Source of the DNA: a virus
Taxonomy: Duplodnaviria > Caudoviricetes
Length of the DNA: 28,812 nucleotides
IMG/VR virus record: IMGVR_UViG_3300030107_007295
Span: 1-28,812 of that record
Reading direction: 5' to 3' (one strand)
How positions within the stretch are numbered: position 1 is the first letter of the stretch; the number at the start of each line of letters is the position of its first letter. The position numbers and the translations under genes are program-made. Below are positions 25,887-28,812 of this stretch, piece after piece. The notes below the pieces were generated by a model that worked only from the letters and a program-made list of their open reading frames with translations, did not search any database and was not told where the DNA came from.

Positions 25887-26450
25887 TTATGCTGCAGCAA
25901 AATCTCTGTAGAAGTGGTATGCAAACGTTACAGAAAAGCTTAACACTTCACCAGTACCATCTGCTATGTCATAACTAATTGGTCCAATGTCTCTTATAGA
26001 AGCACCAACTAGTTTAAACTTTCTAACTGGATTTAATTCTTTATTCAATTGAACTAAATCAATATAAGATCCTTCACCAGGCATACCATATTGACCTAAG
26101 GAAGTTTCATTGTTGAAAACAATCCTAGAAGCTGCTTCAAATTTAGTTCTTAACTGACAGTTTTCATCATGATAAAAATCAATTGAATAACCAGCTGCTC
26201 CAGGGTAAGTAGACTTACCAGGTAAGTGAAACTCTTGTCCAAAATAGTTTACAACTTTATCTTCAATATTTCTACCAGGTAACTCTGCTGTTTTAGCATA
26301 AACTAAATCAGGTGAAATATCTCCGTTACCATCTCCTAGAAACTCAACTCCAGGTAAACTAATCCCTTGCACACGAAAAAGAAAATCTCGCGAAAATTGA
26401 TTCGCTCCAGCTTGAGAAAAGAATTTTTGAATTGTTGTTGTATCGGCCAT
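25887..26450 (-). CDS. gp19: Tail tube protein, T4 gp19-like
   Basis: SRDFLFRV, AKTAELPG..I..V.Y.G...LPG..Y, FY.DE...LR..FE, QL......FKLVG..IG.I.Y, FSVTFAY. Follows the sheath gene. Confidence 0.88.
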   Translation of the reverse strand: MADTTTIQKFFSQAGANQFSRDFLFRVQGISLPGVEFLGDGNGDISPDLVYAKTAELPGRNIEDKVVNYFGQEFHLPGKSTYPGAAGYSIDFYHDENCQLRTKFEAASRIVFNNETSLGQYGMPGEGSYIDLVQLNKELNPVRKFKLVGASIRDIGPISYDIADGTGEVLSFSVTFAYHFYRDFAAA

Positions 26451-26455
26451 ATTAT

Positions 26456-26461
26456 TATTTA
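26456..26461 (-). promoter_or_regulatory. Late promoter core TAAATA, 5 nt before ATG 26450
   Basis: Minus strand reads ACTAAATA-ATAAT-ATG. Confidence 0.75.
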
Positions 26462-26474
26462 GTGTTCAATTTTA

Positions 26475-28812
26475 TTAACCACCAACTAACTCTTGGAAAT
26501 TTGCATCCGTTCTAGTTGCGTAGAAGTTAACTAAGATAAATTCTGCTGTTCTTGTTGGTTTTAAGTATATATCTACAACCAACTCATTAGCATCGATTAC
26601 TGATGGTGTGTTATTTCTTTCATCACATACAATTAAGTAATCAAATAATCCTTCGTTATTTCTTGCTCTTTCGAATATTGGGGTTAAAGCGTTAACTAAT
26701 CTTGTTCTAGTAAATTCAGAGTTTTGCTCAAAGACAAACTGCCTTGTTAATTGTTTAGTAGGTCTTTCAAGTGCTAAGAACAACCTTCTTACGTTAATTC
26801 TATCAAACGCACTTGGTTTCTTCTGCAATGTTTTCTGACCAAATATCACTATTCCTTGATTTGGAAATTGTGCTACAGGGTTAATGTTTGCTTTATAAAA
26901 CTCATCACGTTGTTTTTGGTTTGGATTAACACAAATATCAAGTGCATTTCCAACTAAACCTCTTGTAAATCCTGCTGGTGCAAACCATGGGAAGGCTACT
27001 GCGTCTGTTCTTGCCATGGCAGCGCCGGCAAAACCAGAAAATGGTACCCAGACGTTTTGTCCTGTATAACTGTCATTAACTAGTGACCAGTTACCATATG
27101 TTGTTGCATAAGATGTATTCTCATTTTCGAATTGATGCTTAACTGGCCAAAATACATCTGTTTGAAAGTTATTATTCTTATTATCAAGAATCTTAGTATT
27201 TTGACCTTGTACAAATATTTGCCTAATTGGATCAGCAATGAATATGCAATCACCTCTATCACCACCTTCATACGGTGGTTTAACAAATTTTTCAAACTTA
27301 TTAAACACTGCGGCGTAATCGTTTCTAAGAGTAGCTGCAGTTCCAGAAATATCACTTGATGTTCTAAGTCCATTTACAGCTTGCACAATTTTGTTAGTTT
27401 GTGAAAACTCATCGTAATAATCTCCTGCGAATGCGGCACATGCTACTGAGTAGATCGTTCCCAACCCACCTTCAACAACGACGTCAATATTATAGACTTC
27501 ATCGTTCTTAATATTGTCCAGAGCTCTTTCAATCTTACTTGGTATATTACCAAGTACTTTATCAGTTATTGTTTGGTTAGTATAAGCAGCTACCGGGTAA
27601 AGGTATGCTGCGTCTGCTCTATTAGGTGGCGGTGCATTATCACCAGCTAGAGCCCGGCGAAGTACGTTTATGGTCGATAAGGAATCTCCCACTGGAGTTT
27701 TTGCGGATAAAGCAAAACCAAGTGAACTTGATAATGCACCAACAAAGTTATCAGATAGAACACGTATTTTCTTAAGAGGTCTACCACCTGGATTAAGAGC
27801 TTCACCTCCGGCCAGACGATTAGAAAGATAATCATTAACTAAAACTGTTATGTTGTTAGAACCACTAGCCCTATTACTTACGTAAGATGAAACATCAGGT
27901 CCCCCGTTCGGGTTAAGTTGCTTTCTAAATGTATTAATCGAGCCAACTATACCGTCTGTTAACGTATAATCAAGCTTAAATGCTTCATTCGCATAAATTG
28001 ATTTACGTAATTTAAATACCCCTAAGCTAAGATAATCATCAAACTCTCTACTATTTAGATCGTAATCAACTAAATTATCAATCACCTCTGATATACTATT
28101 ATTTGTACCGTTTTCATAATTAGCAGTAACATTAAATGTCAGAGTACCGTTTGGTATTTCAGTAAGATCTTCCTCTCTTTGACCTGCTGTAGCCGCTTCA
28201 GTAGTAGTTTTAATACCGGAAATACTATTAAAATTAGAAGCTGGGTTTACATTTACGTTATCCGTTATACCAACATAAAGACCTTCAAACTGTTGATTAA
28301 TAGTTGTTTGCGCTTTATTTAAAACAACAATACCAGCATGTCCAAATCCTTCAATCTTATTTGCTCCGAGCAAACTTTCAATTTTCTTAGCATCATTATT
28401 AGTTGCCTGCCATGTATACTCTTGTCCGGCAAGTGCTGATAAATATTGCGACTCGGTTAAATCTACATGCACCGGTGAACCAAGTACGTACGTAGCAGAA
28501 CTCGATTGGCTAAGACTTGCCTGTATACCGGTACTACTTATACCGCTATACAGAGTAGGTGAAACAGCAGTAACCGGATACGCCAGCGCAGAATATTTAG
28601 ATCCAAACCCATCACCTGTATCAGGACCATAAGGTAACCTTCCTGCATATACGTTTGAAGGAGAGTTTAAAAGCTCTCGTATAGTGTAATGGAAATATCT
28701 TTCAGAAGAGTTAGTAGGAGTTCCAAATACTTGAGCTAACTCTTGTGTTGTTGTAATTCTTAAAACTTCATCAATGGGTCCCTGTTGTGCAAACCCAGTA
28801 ACGTATATGTTA
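26475..28812 (-). CDS. gp18: Contractile tail sheath protein, T4 gp18-like (5' end outside window)
   Basis: PWFAPAGFTRG, NINPV, FGQKTLQ..SAFDRINVRRLF, FEQN...TR, CDE.NNT, KPTRTAEFI. The frame stays open upstream of the track's start at 28472 to the window edge (VTGFAQQGPIDEV..VFGTP, the sheath N-terminal motif). Confidence 0.95.
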   Translation of the reverse strand, partial: NIYVTGFAQQGPIDEVLRITTTQELAQVFGTPTNSSERYFHYTIRELLNSPSNVYAGRLPYGPDTGDGFGSKYSALAYPVTAVSPTLYSGISSTGIQASLSQSSSATYVLGSPVHVDLTESQYLSALAGQEYTWQATNNDAKKIESLLGANKIEGFGHAGIVVLNKAQTTINQQFEGLYVGITDNVNVNPASNFNSISGIKTTTEAATAGQREEDLTEIPNGTLTFNVTANYENGTNNSISEVIDNLVDYDLNSREFDDYLSLGVFKLRKSIYANEAFKLDYTLTDGIVGSINTFRKQLNPNGGPDVSSYVSNRASGSNNITVLVNDYLSNRLAGGEALNPGGRPLKKIRVLSDNFVGALSSSLGFALSAKTPVGDSLSTINVLRRALAGDNAPPPNRADAAYLYPVAAYTNQTITDKVLGNIPSKIERALDNIKNDEVYNIDVVVEGGLGTIYSVACAAFAGDYYDEFSQTNKIVQAVNGLRTSSDISGTAATLRNDYAAVFNKFEKFVKPPYEGGDRGDCIFIADPIRQIFVQGQNTKILDNKNNNFQTDVFWPVKHQFENENTSYATTYGNWSLVNDSYTGQNVWVPFSGFAGAAMARTDAVAFPWFAPAGFTRGLVGNALDICVNPNQKQRDEFYKANINPVAQFPNQGIVIFGQKTLQKKPSAFDRINVRRLFLALERPTKQLTRQFVFEQNSEFTRTRLVNALTPIFERARNNEGLFDYLIVCDERNNTPSVIDANELVVDIYLKPTRTAEFILVNFYATRTDANFQELVGG

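Noticed and set aside
3853-27373. Short track ORFs nested in or antisense to long genes (3853, 8326, 13594, 16006, 16127, 16152, 17976, 20627, 20635, 21527, 22340, 24178, 25261, 27080, 27132)
   Set aside because: They overlap well-supported genes almost completely and show no recognisable motifs or start signals.
28470-28472. Sheath start at 28472
   Set aside because: The frame is open to the window edge and encodes the conserved sheath N-terminal motif upstream.
11859-28812. Bacterial eCIS/tailocin/T6SS locus
   Set aside because: T4-type late promoters, the gp44 clamp loader, dUTPase and a TerS-like gene indicate a phage genome. The AAA+ protein is RFC-type, not Afp15/ClpV-type.
1-28812. 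Alternative genetic code (stop codon reassignment)
   Set aside because: The standard code already gives near-complete coding density, and TAA, TAG and TGA all end genes at sensible boundaries.
1-28812. tRNA, rRNA, structured ncRNA, introns or inteins
   Set aside because: Intergenic gaps are 60 nt or less, recognised proteins are of normal length, and no splicing or homing-endonuclease motifs were seen.

Overview
A 28.8-kb, AT-rich, almost gap-free segment of a large T4-like (myovirus) phage genome, read with the standard genetic code. The minus strand carries a contractile-tail module: sheath (truncated at the window edge), tube, a tube paralog, two gp26-like hub chaperones (one apparently fused to gp51), a short tape-measure-like protein, a gp48-like cap, gp53, a gp27-like hub, gp25, gp6, a PKD/gp7-like protein, several large uncharacterised baseplate proteins, and a gp10-like/gp38-like adhesin fusion that the ORF track missed. 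A small island (2 hypotheticals, putative TerS, dUTPase, gp44 clamp loader, a conserved small ORF) interrupts the module. The strongest unexplained structure is regulatory. Of the 23 gene starts visible, 11 have TAAATA (the T4 late-promoter core) exactly 5-6 nt before the start codon, 1 has the variant TAATTA, and 2 have a sigma70-type -10 box 6 nt before ATG. The other 9 overlap or closely follow the upstream stop, and Shine-Dalgarno motifs are essentially absent. This points to gene-by-gene leaderless transcription. All family assignments come from motif recognition by eye; no database search was run.
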